DNA of 64,000 bases from the NCBI GenBank assembly GCA_045538895.1, contig JAZQEH010000013.1:1496-65495 (forward strand), given 5' to 3'. Both the position numbers and the translations under genes were made by a program. A model generated the notes under the pieces. The model worked only from the letters and a program-made list of their open reading frames with translations, had not been told where the DNA came from and made no database searches. Within the stretch, counting starts at the first letter, position 1; the number at the start of each line of letters is the position of its first letter. This document shows positions 44,868-55,620 of the stretch, piece after piece. The DNA comes from Eubacteriales bacterium (GTDB lineage: Bacteria; Bacillota; Clostridia; Oscillospirales; CAG-272).

Positions 44868-46121
44868 TTCATTCTCTTTAAGATACTGTGTATACTCCTC
44901 AAGGCACATATCAAGGCGGTGCATTTCACTTGCGTGATAGCGGCCCACAAAGCGATAATGCCACGGCTCAAAGCTGTAACCCGTGATATCCTCCTTACCC
45001 TCGGGGAAACGGAGAACAAAACCGAACTTATAGCAGTTGTTTATAAGCCATGTATAAACCTCCTGCTTTGCAAATCTCTGCGAAGCACTGCCGAGATTGT
45101 GCATGTCAACGCAAAGACCTGTCTGGTGTTCGCTGGTGCCCGGACGTGCAGAATAGGTGTCAACCTCTTTTTGTGCCTGCTCTCTTGACCAATCGGGGTG
45201 TTCAGCCATTTCATTATTCGTATAAACACCGTAGAGGTATTCCTGCTTATCGTATGAACGGTAACCGCTTGTTACCGAAACGTCGGTATATCCGGCAGCA
45301 CGCATTTCAATATAGAGTGCCTGCAATGCCTTTTCTGCGGTTTCTACCATTTTTTCACTTCTGCCATCCTGCCTTACGTTGGTAATCGGCACAAGATTTT
45401 CGGGAATGTACGTTCCGTCAATGGGATTCTCACGGTTAACCAGAATAAGAAATGCGTCTGTATCCTCAGGACACATATATTCTTCAAATTCCGAAATGTC
45501 GGACACAAAGCTGTATGTCGGTGCAACCTTAACTTCATCCGTCGGCTGTGTAACCGGAGCGTCAACACTGCCTGTAAAGCCAACGTCCTCATAATTCGGA
45601 TTTTCCTTAGTGCTTGAATTATACTCGCCGCGAAGCACAGTAAGCGTATTCTTTTCAAACTTTACGTCAATACCCGCCATATTCTCTTTGACAAAATCAA
45701 GCGGCACAAATATACCTCTGCTCTTTACAACCGCAGGTGCAAACATATCATGTGGACGGTCATTTACCGTTGCAGTTCTGTCTCCGTTTGCAAGTAAAAC
45801 TCGCTGCTCCGAATGACGTGCATAGAACACCTTTTCTTCTGCGGTGCCGGTAACCGTCATTTCGCAAATCTTTGCAATATCGTCAAAGCAAACCAAGAGA
45901 AGACCGTTTGAAGAATATGCCTCCTCGCCCGAAAGCTTGTATGTATTGTCTTCTGTGACACCGAAAATATAGGTAACCGCACTGTGCTTTTCGTCAGTAC
46001 CGAAAAAGTCGAGTGCGAAAAACGCAACTACGATTGCGGCAAGCACAAAAAACACTACAAAGAAAACCGTAATCGCACTTGACGAATTTCTGTGTTTTTT
46101 TACCATTCTTGAATTGTTCAT
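44865..46121 (-). CDS. Membrane-anchored D-alanyl-D-alanine carboxypeptidase, VanY/M15B family
   Basis: N-terminal TM. C-terminal M15B motifs (SEHQTGLCVDM, FGFVLRFPEGKEDITGYSFEPWHYRFVG). Confidence 0.8.
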   Translation of the reverse strand: MNNSRMVKKHRNSSSAITVFFVVFFVLAAIVVAFFALDFFGTDEKHSAVTYIFGVTEDNTYKLSGEEAYSSNGLLLVCFDDIAKICEMTVTGTAEEKVFYARHSEQRVLLANGDRTATVNDRPHDMFAPAVVKSRGIFVPLDFVKENMAGIDVKFEKNTLTVLRGEYNSSTKENPNYEDVGFTGSVDAPVTQPTDEVKVAPTYSFVSDISEFEEYMCPEDTDAFLILVNRENPIDGTYIPENLVPITNVRQDGRSEKMVETAEKALQALYIEMRAAGYTDVSVTSGYRSYDKQEYLYGVYTNNEMAEHPDWSREQAQKEVDTYSARPGTSEHQTGLCVDMHNLGSASQRFAKQEVYTWLINNCYKFGFVLRFPEGKEDITGYSFEPWHYRFVGRYHASEMHRLDMCLEEYTQYLKENE

Positions 46122-46129
46122 TTATACCC

Positions 46130-46681
46130 TCACTTTGTTTCTATAACGAAAAAGAACGGAGAAGTTGCTGAATTTACAATATTAACCTTGGTAATACAAT
46201 ACTGAAAACGGCTTATAGTGCTGAAATACTCCTCAAGCATCTCGCCTTCGAGTCTACCCTCCTCATGTCCCGGATAAACTGCAACAAGCAATATAGCATC
46301 GCTATCCATGAGGCTCATCGCACCCTTTACTGCAGCAAGAGTGCTCTCACGCATGGTAGTTACCTCGTGATGTCCGTGACCGGGGAGATAACCGAGATTG
46401 AACATACCTGCCTTGAACTTTTCGCTTATATGGTCAAGCACGTTGGCATGGCTGTCATGAATAAGCGTGTAATTTGAAAAACCGCAGCCCTCAAGACGCT
46501 TTCTGGTTGACTCAACCGCATCTGCCTGAATGTCAAAGGCATAAACTCTTCCATTTTCACCAACGGTGCGGCAAAGAAACTCGGTATCGTTTCCGTTGCC
46601 CATTGTAAAATCCACGGCTACATCGCCCTCACCGAGGTGAGAGCGAATAAAAGCCTTATGCATATCAAGTAAATCTATCAT
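46130..46681 (-). CDS. YtqB/MnmM-like class I SAM-dependent methyltransferase
   Basis: DFTMGNGNDTEFL, VYAFDIQ, NLGYLPG and YPGHEEG, as in B. subtilis YtqB. Confidence 0.75.
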   Translation of the reverse strand: MIDLLDMHKAFIRSHLGEGDVAVDFTMGNGNDTEFLCRTVGENGRVYAFDIQADAVESTRKRLEGCGFSNYTLIHDSHANVLDHISEKFKAGMFNLGYLPGHGHHEVTTMRESTLAAVKGAMSLMDSDAILLVAVYPGHEEGRLEGEMLEEYFSTISRFQYCITKVNIVNSATSPFFFVIETK

Positions 46682-46696
46682 TTTTAACCTACGGAT

Positions 46697-48133
46697 TTAT
46701 TTTTCTATTTTATAAGTTGTTCCCTCTTTGGTGTCTACAAGCACAACGCCCTTTTCAAGAAGCTCTGCACGGATAGCATCCGCTCTTGCATAGTCCTTTG
46801 CCTTCTTTGCTTCGGCACGCTCAACAATCTTTGCTTCGATTTCTGCCGCAAACGCACTGTCTACAGCATCGTCGCTCTGTGTATTTTCACCCTCAAGCGA
46901 TGCCTTTGCACTGTCAACAAGGTCAAGGCCGAGAACGTAGTCAAAGTCCTCAATAAGTGCAAGCTTTGTTGCAGGAGTGGTGTCCGCCTTTAATACGTCA
47001 TAAACTGCGGTAATACCAAGCGAAGTGTTAAGGTCATTGTCAAGTGCCGCACAGAAGCCTGCCTTAAGGCTGTCAAATGCCGCCTTGTCAATTTCGCCCT
47101 GCTCTGCCTTAAGCAAAGTCACGATACGTGCAATAATCTTGTTGTACGCAATAGCCGCATTGTCAAGGTTTTCATATGAGAACACAAGCGACTTGCGGTA
47201 GTGCGACTGCAAGCAGAAAAGACGGTAAACAAGCGGATTGTAGCCCTTGCTTTCAAGCAGAGAAACCGTGAGGAACTCGCCGCTCGACTTGCTCATTTTA
47301 CCCGAATTTGTATTCAGGTGGTGAACGTGGAACCAATAATTGCACCACTTGTGACCGAGATACGCTTCACTCTGTGCAATTTCGTTTGTGTGGTGGGGGA
47401 AAGCGTTGTCGATACCGCCGCAATGGATATCGAGATCCTCACCGAGGTGCTTCATGCTTATACACGAGCACTCAATATGCCAACCGGGGTAACCGATGCC
47501 CCAAGGGCTGTCCCACTTAAGCTCCTGATCGTCAAACTTCGACTTTGTGAACCAAAGAACAAAGTCTGCCTTGTTGCGTTTGTTGCCGTCTTCTTCAACA
47601 CCTTCACGCACACCTACTTCAAGGTCTTCTTCCTTGAAGTCATTGAATACGTAGTATTGTGCAAGCTTTGAGGTGTCAAAATAGATGTTTCCGCCTGCCT
47701 CATAAGCAAAACCCTTTTCAATAAGTCCCTCAATAACCTTGATAAACTCATCAATACACGAGGTTGCAGGCTCAACAACGTCAGGAGTCTTTATATTAAG
47801 CTTTTTGCAGTCTGCAAAGAAAGCATCTGTATAATACTTTGCAATCTCCATTACGGTCTTTTTCTCACGGCGTGCGCCTTTCAGCATCTTGTCTTCGCCC
47901 GTGTCAGCATCGCTTGAAAGATGTCCTACGTCGGTGATGTTCATAACACGCTTAACATCATATCCCACATAGCGAAGATACTTTTCAAGCACGTCCTCCA
48001 TTATGTAGCTGCGAAGATTGCCGATATGTGCATAGTGATACACGGTAGGGCCGCAGGTGTACATTTTTACCTTGCCTGCAGTATTGGGAACAAACTCATC
48101 TCTTTGTCTTGTTAAAGTATTGTAAATAAGCAT
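46697..48133 (-). CDS. cysS: Cysteine--tRNA ligase
   Basis: HIGN and KMSKS motifs, and the zinc site region WHIECS. Confidence 0.95.
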   Translation of the reverse strand: MLIYNTLTRQRDEFVPNTAGKVKMYTCGPTVYHYAHIGNLRSYIMEDVLEKYLRYVGYDVKRVMNITDVGHLSSDADTGEDKMLKGARREKKTVMEIAKYYTDAFFADCKKLNIKTPDVVEPATSCIDEFIKVIEGLIEKGFAYEAGGNIYFDTSKLAQYYVFNDFKEEDLEVGVREGVEEDGNKRNKADFVLWFTKSKFDDQELKWDSPWGIGYPGWHIECSCISMKHLGEDLDIHCGGIDNAFPHHTNEIAQSEAYLGHKWCNYWFHVHHLNTNSGKMSKSSGEFLTVSLLESKGYNPLVYRLFCLQSHYRKSLVFSYENLDNAAIAYNKIIARIVTLLKAEQGEIDKAAFDSLKAGFCAALDNDLNTSLGITAVYDVLKADTTPATKLALIEDFDYVLGLDLVDSAKASLEGENTQSDDAVDSAFAAEIEAKIVERAEAKKAKDYARADAIRAELLEKGVVLVDTKEGTTYKIEK

Positions 48134-48150
48134 AATCTATCTCCAAAGGT

Positions 48151-48870
48151 TTAATTTTCTTCTTTTTCTTTAGCTTCAAGCTTTTTTTCAAGCTCGTAAA
48201 TTCTGCGTTCAACACGGCAGATCTCCTGTGCAACAGGGTCGGGGATATGAACCTGGTCAAGCTGGTCGCCCACCTTGACTCCGTTTATTCTCACTACCCT
48301 TGCAGGTACACCAACCGCAGTTGCCTTTTCAGGCACCGCCTCAAGCACTACCGCATTTGATGCGATTTTGGCACCGTCGCCCACCTTAAAGGGGCCAAGT
48401 ACCTTGGCACCGCTACCCACCATGACATTATTGCCGAGCGTGGGATGACGCTTGCCGACGTCCTTACCGGTACCGCCAAGAGTAACGCCCTGATAAAGCG
48501 TGCAGTTATCGCCAATCTCGGCAGTTTCGCCTATGACAACACCACTGCCGTGGTCAATAACAAGTCCCTTACCAATGGTTGCGCCCGGGTGAATCTCGAT
48601 GCCGGTCAAAAACTTTGCGCCCTGACTTATTGCACGTGCCGTAAACTTATGCCCCTTTTTGTGAAGTGCGTTTGCCACACGATGTAATTGCACCGCATGA
48701 AAACCCGAATAAAGCAGCATAACCTCAAGGTCGCTCGTTGCCGCAGGGTCACGGTCACGGATAGCCGCAACGTCATATTTAACGCTTTCTACGGCTTTTT
48801 TCACGTTTCTCTTTACCTTTTTCAAATCAGGCAAGGTCACATCTATATTAAGCTTTATTTTCTTACCCAT
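48151..48870 (-). CDS. cysE: Serine O-acetyltransferase
   Basis: Left-handed beta-helix hexapeptide repeats (GIEIHPGATIGKGLVIDHGSGVVIGETA). C-terminal charged extension. Confidence 0.9.
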   Translation of the reverse strand: MGKKIKLNIDVTLPDLKKVKRNVKKAVESVKYDVAAIRDRDPAATSDLEVMLLYSGFHAVQLHRVANALHKKGHKFTARAISQGAKFLTGIEIHPGATIGKGLVIDHGSGVVIGETAEIGDNCTLYQGVTLGGTGKDVGKRHPTLGNNVMVGSGAKVLGPFKVGDGAKIASNAVVLEAVPEKATAVGVPARVVRINGVKVGDQLDQVHIPDPVAQEICRVERRIYELEKKLEAKEKEEN

Positions 48871-48898
48871 ATGATACCTCGCAAATCAATTAAAGTTT

Positions 48899-49804
48899 TC
48901 AATGAGGAATCTTCTTCCACTCTTTTTTATCCTTTAATATATTATATAACTCTACATAACTTTCGTGACGGGACTTTTCGATTTCGCCGTTTTCCAGTGC
49001 CGCCACAACCGCACAGCCGTCCTCACACAGATGAGTGCATTTTTTGTATCGGCAATTTCCGAGATGCTTTTCAAATTCGGGGAAAGCGTATGGCAAATCA
49101 TCAACGTTCATAAAATCGAACCGCATGAAATCAAGCATGCTGAATCCCGGTGTGTCAGCAACAAGCCCGCCGAAGGCTTCAAAAAGTTCGACGTGGCGTG
49201 TTGTATGCTTACCCCGTGAAATCTTCTCGCTTATCCCGCCCGTGGCAAGCGAAAGGTCGGGGAAAATTGCGTTAAGCAGTGTGGATTTTCCTATTCCCGA
49301 TGCCCCTGCAAATGCCGCCGTCTTATCCTTTAAATTCTGCATCAAAAAGTCTTTCAAAGCCTCTATTCCCTCTTTGTCCTCAGAACTTAAGGTAAACACG
49401 GTAAAGCCGCTGTTGCGATACAGTGAAGCAAGTCTTTCTCCGTTCTCTGCATCAAGGTCGCATTTTGTGATGACAAACACGGGAATTATGTCCGAGTGAA
49501 CACAAATTGCACTCAGTTTGTCAAGCGTTGCGGGAATAGGTGCAGGCTTTGCCGCCGCCGCAGTGATGAACATATAGTCCACGTTTGCCATCGGCGGACG
49601 TATAAGCAGATTCTTTCGCTCACAGATATCCTCAATGTAAGCGTCACCCTCGTTTTCAATGCGGATAACAACGTTATCGCCAACCTCGGGGGAAATCTGC
49701 TCGTGACGGAATACTCCTCTTGCACGTGCAACGAACATCCCGTCATCGCACTTAACGGTGTATTTTCCGCCTACTCCCTTTATAATCTTTCCGTTTTGCT
49801 TCAT
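48899..49804 (-). CDS. rsgA: Ribosome small-subunit-dependent GTPase A
   Basis: Circularly permuted GTPase (TKCDL, GASGIGKSTLLN) with a C-terminal zinc-finger Cys cluster. Confidence 0.9.
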   Translation of the reverse strand: MKQNGKIIKGVGGKYTVKCDDGMFVARARGVFRHEQISPEVGDNVVIRIENEGDAYIEDICERKNLLIRPPMANVDYMFITAAAAKPAPIPATLDKLSAICVHSDIIPVFVITKCDLDAENGERLASLYRNSGFTVFTLSSEDKEGIEALKDFLMQNLKDKTAAFAGASGIGKSTLLNAIFPDLSLATGGISEKISRGKHTTRHVELFEAFGGLVADTPGFSMLDFMRFDFMNVDDLPYAFPEFEKHLGNCRYKKCTHLCEDGCAVVAALENGEIEKSRHESYVELYNILKDKKEWKKIPH

Positions 49805-49805
49805 A

Positions 49806-51797
49806 TTAATTAAAACGTCCCGTTATCGGATCTTTTTTTGTGGTTGCCGCCGTAGTTACTTCGGGCTTTTCTTCGGTTACCGTAATAGGCTCTTCTGTTA
49901 CAGCAGGCTCTTCGGTAACAATAGGCTCCGTGGTAGTTTCCACGGGTATGTACGGCTCAGGACCCTTTGATACAACAAAGGTTACGCTAAAGCCGATGTC
50001 AACAATGCTGCCGCTTGACGGAATCTGTCCGAAAACGACTCCGGCAGCGACGCTATCGCTATACGCATAGGTAAACGAGGAAGTCAGATCATTTGCCTTA
50101 AGGCTTGCCTCTGCCTCACTCTGTGTCAAGCCGTTGATAAGCGGCACTGTTGAGGTGGTTTTGGGAGGTGCGCCCTTGGACACAACCAGAGTAACCTTGG
50201 TTATACCCTTTGGCACCGAGGTACCCTCTACGGGTGACTGCTCAATAACCTTTCCTGCCGCATATTCCTCGCTGTATTCGTAATATACCGCACTGAAACG
50301 GAGCTTGTCCTTTACAAGCACTTCATATGCCTCAGCCGTAGTCATACCAACAAGATACGGCATATCGGTAACGTCCGCTTCGGAAAGGTCATCACCGCTG
50401 CTCAGAATCAGCGTAACGGTTGTACCTACGGTTACGGTTTCACCTGCAGCAGGGAGCGTAGAAATTACTCTGCCGCTTGAAACGGTTGCACTCGGCTCGT
50501 GTCTGTAATCATACCTGAGTCCCTTTTTGGCAAGGTCAACCTCTGCCTCCATACGGGTTTTATTGAGGTAGTTCTCAATCACAACCTCTTCAATTCCCTC
50601 TCCGATGTAAAGGGTGATCTCGGTGCTGTTCTTGTTTTCACCCGCACTTGGCGACTGTCTTAAAATAATACCTTTTTCTTCTTTAGCGCTTGCAACGTAA
50701 ACTCGCTTTACGTTGAAAAACTCGTCCCTTATCTCGTCCTCGATTTCATCGTAGGATTTGCCAACGTAATCGGCAACCTTAACGGTATGCTCTGCGGTTG
50801 CCGCCTCGCTGAAGAAGATCTCGTTTATAAGCACAACACCGCTTACAAGAAATACAAGCAAAAATGCCGTAACAACGCCGACTATAATGGGCATCATCGA
50901 AGTTTTCTTTTTGCTTTTTGCGGTATTTGTCTGGTGCTTCTGGCGGAAGATAACCATAGGGTTTTCCCTTACCTTCTGCAAAAGCTCTATCATCTGTGTT
51001 GCAGTCTGGAAACGCTTATCCTTATCCTTTTCCATTGCAAAAAGGATAATCTGCTCAAGTCCCTTCGGAATGCTGCTGACAATCTCCGTCGGGGGCTTCG
51101 GCTGCTCGTTGATCTGCTTCAGTGCAATGCTTACAGGGTTTTCGCCGTCAAACGGAAGTTTTCCTGTGAGCATTTCGTAAAGCATAACACCAACCGAATA
51201 AAGGTCGGTACGGCGGTCAATGCCCTTTTCACCTGCCGCCTGCTCAGGGCTGATGTAATAAACCGTACCGATAGCCTTGTCGGTTGCAGTCAGAGTTTTT
51301 GCATCGGGCAACTTTGCAATACCGAAGTCGGTAACCTTTATCTGTCCGTTTTTAAGCAGCATAATGTTCTGCGGCTTGATATCACGGTGTACAACTCCGC
51401 CGATGTGTGCGTGCTCAAGTGCACGCAGAATCTGTATGGTGTATGAAATCGCTTCCTTAACCGAAAGCGCACCTTTACGCTCTATATAATTCTTTAATGT
51501 AATGCCGTCAATGTATTCCATGACGATATACTTATGCTCGCCCTTGACCGAAACGTCAAAAATCTTGACAATGTTGGTGTGTGAAAGCATGAGTACCGCC
51601 TTGGATTCGTTTATAAAACGCTGAACAGATACTTCATCAGAGGCAAACTCCTCTTTGAGAATCTTTACAGCCACAACGGTTTTACGGAAGAGATCGTCCG
51701 CCTCGAAAACCATTGCCATACCGCCAACGCCGACAAGTTTTTTTATAGTGTAACGCCCATCGAGCGTAAGACCGATATAGTTATTATACTGATCCAT
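49806..51797 (-). CDS. prkC: Ser/Thr protein kinase with PASTA repeats
   Basis: Hanks kinase motifs (GVGGMAMVF, HRDIKPQN, DFG), a TM, PASTA repeats, and a Thr/Glu/Pro-rich tail. Confidence 0.9.
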   Translation of the reverse strand: MDQYNNYIGLTLDGRYTIKKLVGVGGMAMVFEADDLFRKTVVAVKILKEEFASDEVSVQRFINESKAVLMLSHTNIVKIFDVSVKGEHKYIVMEYIDGITLKNYIERKGALSVKEAISYTIQILRALEHAHIGGVVHRDIKPQNIMLLKNGQIKVTDFGIAKLPDAKTLTATDKAIGTVYYISPEQAAGEKGIDRRTDLYSVGVMLYEMLTGKLPFDGENPVSIALKQINEQPKPPTEIVSSIPKGLEQIILFAMEKDKDKRFQTATQMIELLQKVRENPMVIFRQKHQTNTAKSKKKTSMMPIIVGVVTAFLLVFLVSGVVLINEIFFSEAATAEHTVKVADYVGKSYDEIEDEIRDEFFNVKRVYVASAKEEKGIILRQSPSAGENKNSTEITLYIGEGIEEVVIENYLNKTRMEAEVDLAKKGLRYDYRHEPSATVSSGRVISTLPAAGETVTVGTTVTLILSSGDDLSEADVTDMPYLVGMTTAEAYEVLVKDKLRFSAVYYEYSEEYAAGKVIEQSPVEGTSVPKGITKVTLVVSKGAPPKTTSTVPLINGLTQSEAEASLKANDLTSSFTYAYSDSVAAGVVFGQIPSSGSIVDIGFSVTFVVSKGPEPYIPVETTTEPIVTEEPAVTEEPITVTEEKPEVTTAATTKKDPITGRFN

Positions 51798-51812
51798 TTT
51801 TATCTCCAGCTT

Positions 51813-52556
51813 TTACTTAAGTTTTGCCACGACTGCCGTTATGTTATCGCTACCACCCGCATCGTTTGCAGCTGCCACAAGCACCCTGCAAAGCTCCTCG
51901 GGAGTTTTGTGCGTTTTACAAAGGGAACACATCTGTGCGTTTTCAACGAGGTTGGAAAGTCCGTCCGAGCAGATGAGCAGCGTTTTTCCCTTATACTGCT
52001 TTTGCTCGATTACCGAAACGTCAACGCTTACTTCCTTGTCAACACCTACCGCACGGGTAATGATGTTCTTTTGTGTACTGTTTCTCGCCTCTTCGGGAGT
52101 GAGCTTGCCTATGTCCACAAGATACTGTACAAACGAGTGGTCACGTGTAATCTGGTATGCGCCATCCTTGTCTATTAAGTATGCACGGCTGTCGCCAACG
52201 TTGGCAACGTACACCTTATCGGAAATACAGAGTGCCGCCACCATGGTGGTACCCATGCCCTCGTATGACTTATCAGCCGAAGCAAGCGAAAAAATCTTGA
52301 AATTCGCACGGTCTGCGGCACTTGCAAGGGCTGCCTGAATAGCCGCAGGCTCGGTTCTGCCGCAATCGGCAAAGAAGCCGTCAAAATACTTTTCAACCTC
52401 ATCACGTGCAATAGCAGATGCGGTTTCGCCTGCGTTGGCACCGCCCATGCCGTCAAAAACGGCAAGAAGCGTTGCATCGCCGTATTCTTTTACAAGGTAG
52501 GTATCCTCGTTAAGTTCACGAACCATACCTACGTCGGTTAAAGCAAAGTAATTCAC
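51813..52556 (-). CDS. prpC: PP2C-family Ser/Thr phosphatase
   Basis: REL NEDT..., DGMGG and SDG motifs. It lies upstream of prkC. Confidence 0.9.
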   Translation of the reverse strand: MNYFALTDVGMVRELNEDTYLVKEYGDATLLAVFDGMGGANAGETASAIARDEVEKYFDGFFADCGRTEPAAIQAALASAADRANFKIFSLASADKSYEGMGTTMVAALCISDKVYVANVGDSRAYLIDKDGAYQITRDHSFVQYLVDIGKLTPEEARNSTQKNIITRAVGVDKEVSVDVSVIEQKQYKGKTLLICSDGLSNLVENAQMCSLCKTHKTPEELCRVLVAAANDAGGSDNITAVVAKLK

Positions 52557-52579
52557 CTTTGTTTCTCCTTTCTCCTCTG

Positions 52580-53632
52580 CTAAACGGCAGAGGTTGAAGA
52601 AGCCTTTCTGCGGAGCTGTCCGCAGGAGGCATTTATGTCAGGGCCGAGCGTGCGGCGTACCGTTGCGGTAAGCCCCATGTCGGCAAGTGTTTTCTGAAAA
52701 TGCTCTATACTACGTCTGTCCCCTTGGGAGAATCCGCTCTCCTTTACGGGATTTACGGGAATCAAATTAACGTGCAAGGCATCACGGGAGCCAAAATATT
52801 TGCGAAGCAGATTTCCTAAAGCCTTTGCATCGTTTTCACTGTCATTCTTTCCTGCAATCAGTGTGTATTCGATAGAAACACGTCTGCCTGTCGCATCAAA
52901 ATAATGCTTAACCGCAGATAAAAGCTCATCCACGCCCCATTTTTTATTTACGGGCATCAACGCACTTCTCTGCTCATCATTTGAAGCGTGAAGCGATATC
53001 GAAAGTGTAATCTGAAAATTCTCTTTTTCAAGCTCGTATATTTTATCCACAAGCCCCGACGTTGACAGTGATATGTGCCTTGCACCTATGTTCAGTCCGT
53101 CCTCGCTTGTGACAAGCTTTAAAAACTTAACTGCGTTATTATAATTGTCAAGCGGCTCGCCAATACCCATCATAACAATGCCGTCAATCCGCTCGCCTAT
53201 GTCTTTCTGTGCCGCCGCAACCTGACCGAGCATTTCGCTTGGAAGCAGGTCACGCACCTTGCCGCCTATTGTTGAAGCGCAGAATTTGCATCCCATTCTG
53301 CAACCTACCTGCGAAGAAATGCAAATAGTTGTGCCGTGCTTGTAAAACATCACAACCGACTCAACGCACTCGCCGTCAGGAAAAGAGAAAAGGTATTTTG
53401 TGGTACCGTCGATTTTACTCACAAGCTTTTGCTCGATTTTAGGTATTCCGCTGTAACACTCGGCAGAAAGCTTTTCACGTAGCGGCTTTGACAAGTTTGA
53501 CATATCGCCAAAATCGACACCGCGGCAAAGCCATGAGTAAATCTGCTTCGCACGGAAACGGCTCTCGCCTATTGAAAGTATATATTCTTCAAGCTCATTA
53601 AGAGTCATGGAGCCGATGTCGATTTTAGCCAT
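52580..53632 (-). CDS. rlmN: 23S rRNA/tRNA (adenine-C2)-methyltransferase RlmN (radical SAM)
   Basis: CRMGCKFC cluster and conserved operon position. Confidence 0.9.
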   Translation of the reverse strand: MAKIDIGSMTLNELEEYILSIGESRFRAKQIYSWLCRGVDFGDMSNLSKPLREKLSAECYSGIPKIEQKLVSKIDGTTKYLFSFPDGECVESVVMFYKHGTTICISSQVGCRMGCKFCASTIGGKVRDLLPSEMLGQVAAAQKDIGERIDGIVMMGIGEPLDNYNNAVKFLKLVTSEDGLNIGARHISLSTSGLVDKIYELEKENFQITLSISLHASNDEQRSALMPVNKKWGVDELLSAVKHYFDATGRRVSIEYTLIAGKNDSENDAKALGNLLRKYFGSRDALHVNLIPVNPVKESGFSQGDRRSIEHFQKTLADMGLTATVRRTLGPDINASCGQLRRKASSTSAV

Positions 53633-53635
53633 AAA

Positions 53636-54934
53636 CTACCTCAATTTAATAAGTCCGATAAAAAATCCGTCATGCTCGCCGTTTGGCAAAAGCGTTACGC
53701 ATCCGTTTTTACTTTCAACCTCGCCGAGCGAAAAATCAATGTATTCAAAATCTTTATGTTCATCGAGGAAACGGTAAAAGTTATCCTCGTTTTCCGCCTT
53801 TGTAAGCGTACACGTTGAATAAAGCATGTGTCCGCCGTTTTTAAGATACTTTGCCGAAGCGCAGAGTATATCGTATCCAAGCGGCGCAAGCTCGCTTATA
53901 AGCGAAGTGCTGTGATATCTTATTTCGGGTTTCTTTGCCATAACGCCAAGTCCCGAACAAGGAACGTCACATATAACAAAATCGCACTTGCCGTGTAAAC
54001 TTTCATCGCTGATGCGTGAGTCACGCTCGGCGGCGGTTATAATGTCTATGCCAAGACGGTCTGCACCTTTGGTAATAAGCGGAAGCTTGCTTGCGTGCAA
54101 ATCGTAACAATGTATCTTTCCTGTATTCTCCATGAAAAGTGCGGCATGAAAACTCTTTGAACCGGGACATGCGCAGGCATCGGCAAGAGTTGCACCCTTA
54201 GTCGGTGCAAGCACGCTTATCGCAATCTGTGATGCCTCATCCTGAACGAAAAACGCATTTTCGCCAAGTACGTCGCAAAGAGTGCGGAAGCTTACGTTTC
54301 CGTGTATCCTTATACCTCGCTCGGCACTTTTGCATCGTCTTGCGGCAAGCCCTGCGCTCTTTAGCTTATCAAGTGCATCCTCTACCGACATAACCAACGT
54401 GTTTACACAAACAGTCATCGGAGGAATCTTTGAAAGGTTTGACAACACCTCTTCTGCCTTTTCCGAAAGATTATCACAAAGAAGCTTTACGGTTTCTCTT
54501 GGGAAAGAATACTTAACAGAAAGAAGAGAAAGTCGGTCACTTGGAAGTGAAATATTATCCTTTTCACGGACATATCCGCGAAGCACACCGTTTAAAAACG
54601 CTCGCTCGCCCTGACTTTTACCGAGTCTTACCGTTTGCGATACTGCCGCATGCGGCGGTATTCTGTCTAAAAACATAAGCTGATAAAGCCCGAGCCGCAA
54701 GGTCATAAGCAGCCTTGCACCGATTTTTGAAGCAGGCTTGCCTGCGAGCTTTTCTATATAATAATCAAGCGTGATACGCCTTTCGGTAACACCAAAAACA
54801 AGCGTTGTTAAAAGTGCTTTATCACGCTCATCACACTCTGCATTGTCAAGAAATGCAGAAAGTGTGAGTGAAACGTATTTATCGTTTTGCTCTGCATCAC
54901 GCAGCAGTGACAGAGCCGTTTTTCTGACATCCAT
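53636..54934 (-). CDS. rsmB: 16S rRNA (cytosine967-C5)-methyltransferase
   Basis: NusB-like N-terminus. DACACPGSK and DVPCSG motifs. Confidence 0.9.
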   Translation of the reverse strand: MDVRKTALSLLRDAEQNDKYVSLTLSAFLDNAECDERDKALLTTLVFGVTERRITLDYYIEKLAGKPASKIGARLLMTLRLGLYQLMFLDRIPPHAAVSQTVRLGKSQGERAFLNGVLRGYVREKDNISLPSDRLSLLSVKYSFPRETVKLLCDNLSEKAEEVLSNLSKIPPMTVCVNTLVMSVEDALDKLKSAGLAARRCKSAERGIRIHGNVSFRTLCDVLGENAFFVQDEASQIAISVLAPTKGATLADACACPGSKSFHAALFMENTGKIHCYDLHASKLPLITKGADRLGIDIITAAERDSRISDESLHGKCDFVICDVPCSGLGVMAKKPEIRYHSTSLISELAPLGYDILCASAKYLKNGGHMLYSTCTLTKAENEDNFYRFLDEHKDFEYIDFSLGEVESKNGCVTLLPNGEHDGFFIGLIKLR

Positions 54935-55620
54935 TATCTGTTACGCCTTGAGCCGTTTACAATCATAACAAGGCGAAGCAGGTTCGCAAGCGATACCGCA
55001 AGTGCCGCAACATAGGTGAGTGCCGCCGCCTTCAGTACCTTTTTAGCACCCTTGACCTCGTTTGCATCAAACGATGAACTCTCAATTACGTTCATCGCCC
55101 TCGATGAAGCGTTAAACTCAACGGGTACGGTTATAAGCTGAAAAACGGTGGAAAGGCTGAATGCAATTATGCCAAGCTCTGCAAGGAAAGGCATGCCAAG
55201 CACGATACCTAAAAGGATAAGCGGCATCGCAAGATTTGAGCCTATATTAGTTGCAGGAATAATCGCTGAACGCAGTTTCATCGGAGCATAGTCCTCTGCA
55301 TACTGCACTGCGTGCCCTGCCTCATGTGCGGCAACACCGATAGCAGCAACGCTGCTTGAATCGTATACACTCTCCGAAAGGCGGATGGTGTTTGTTCTCG
55401 GGTCAAAATGGTCGGTGAGCTGACCGCTTATGCGTTCGATCCGCACACCGTAAACACCGTTTGCCGCAAGCACTCTGCGTGCGCTTTCGGCACCGGTTAT
55501 ACCCATACGTGACATCTGTTTTGAGTATTTTTTAAACGTGGAATTAACATTTGAGCTTGCCCACAGCGAAAGTATAATGGCGGGCAAAACCAAAATTATA
55601 TACCAAGAATCTATAAACAT
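54934..55620 (-). CDS. Membrane zinc metallopeptidase (HExxH)
   Basis: Start is MFIDSWYIILVLPAI (TAATG overlap with the fmt stop). HEAGHAVQ motif. The Cys-rich N-terminal extension of the track ORF is rejected. Confidence 0.8.
   Translation of the reverse strand: MFIDSWYIILVLPAIILSLWASSNVNSTFKKYSKQMSRMGITGAESARRVLAANGVYGVRIERISGQLTDHFDPRTNTIRLSESVYDSSSVAAIGVAAHEAGHAVQYAEDYAPMKLRSAIIPATNIGSNLAMPLILLGIVLGMPFLAELGIIAFSLSTVFQLITVPVEFNASSRAMNVIESSSFDANEVKGAKKVLKAAALTYVAALAVSLANLLRLVMIVNGSRRNR

Noticed and set aside
49830-49960. Short tandem nucleotide repeats at the 3' end of prkC.
   Set aside because: They encode a low-complexity (V/I)TEEP linker tail, which is common in extracytoplasmic kinase ends, and there is no evidence of phase variation.
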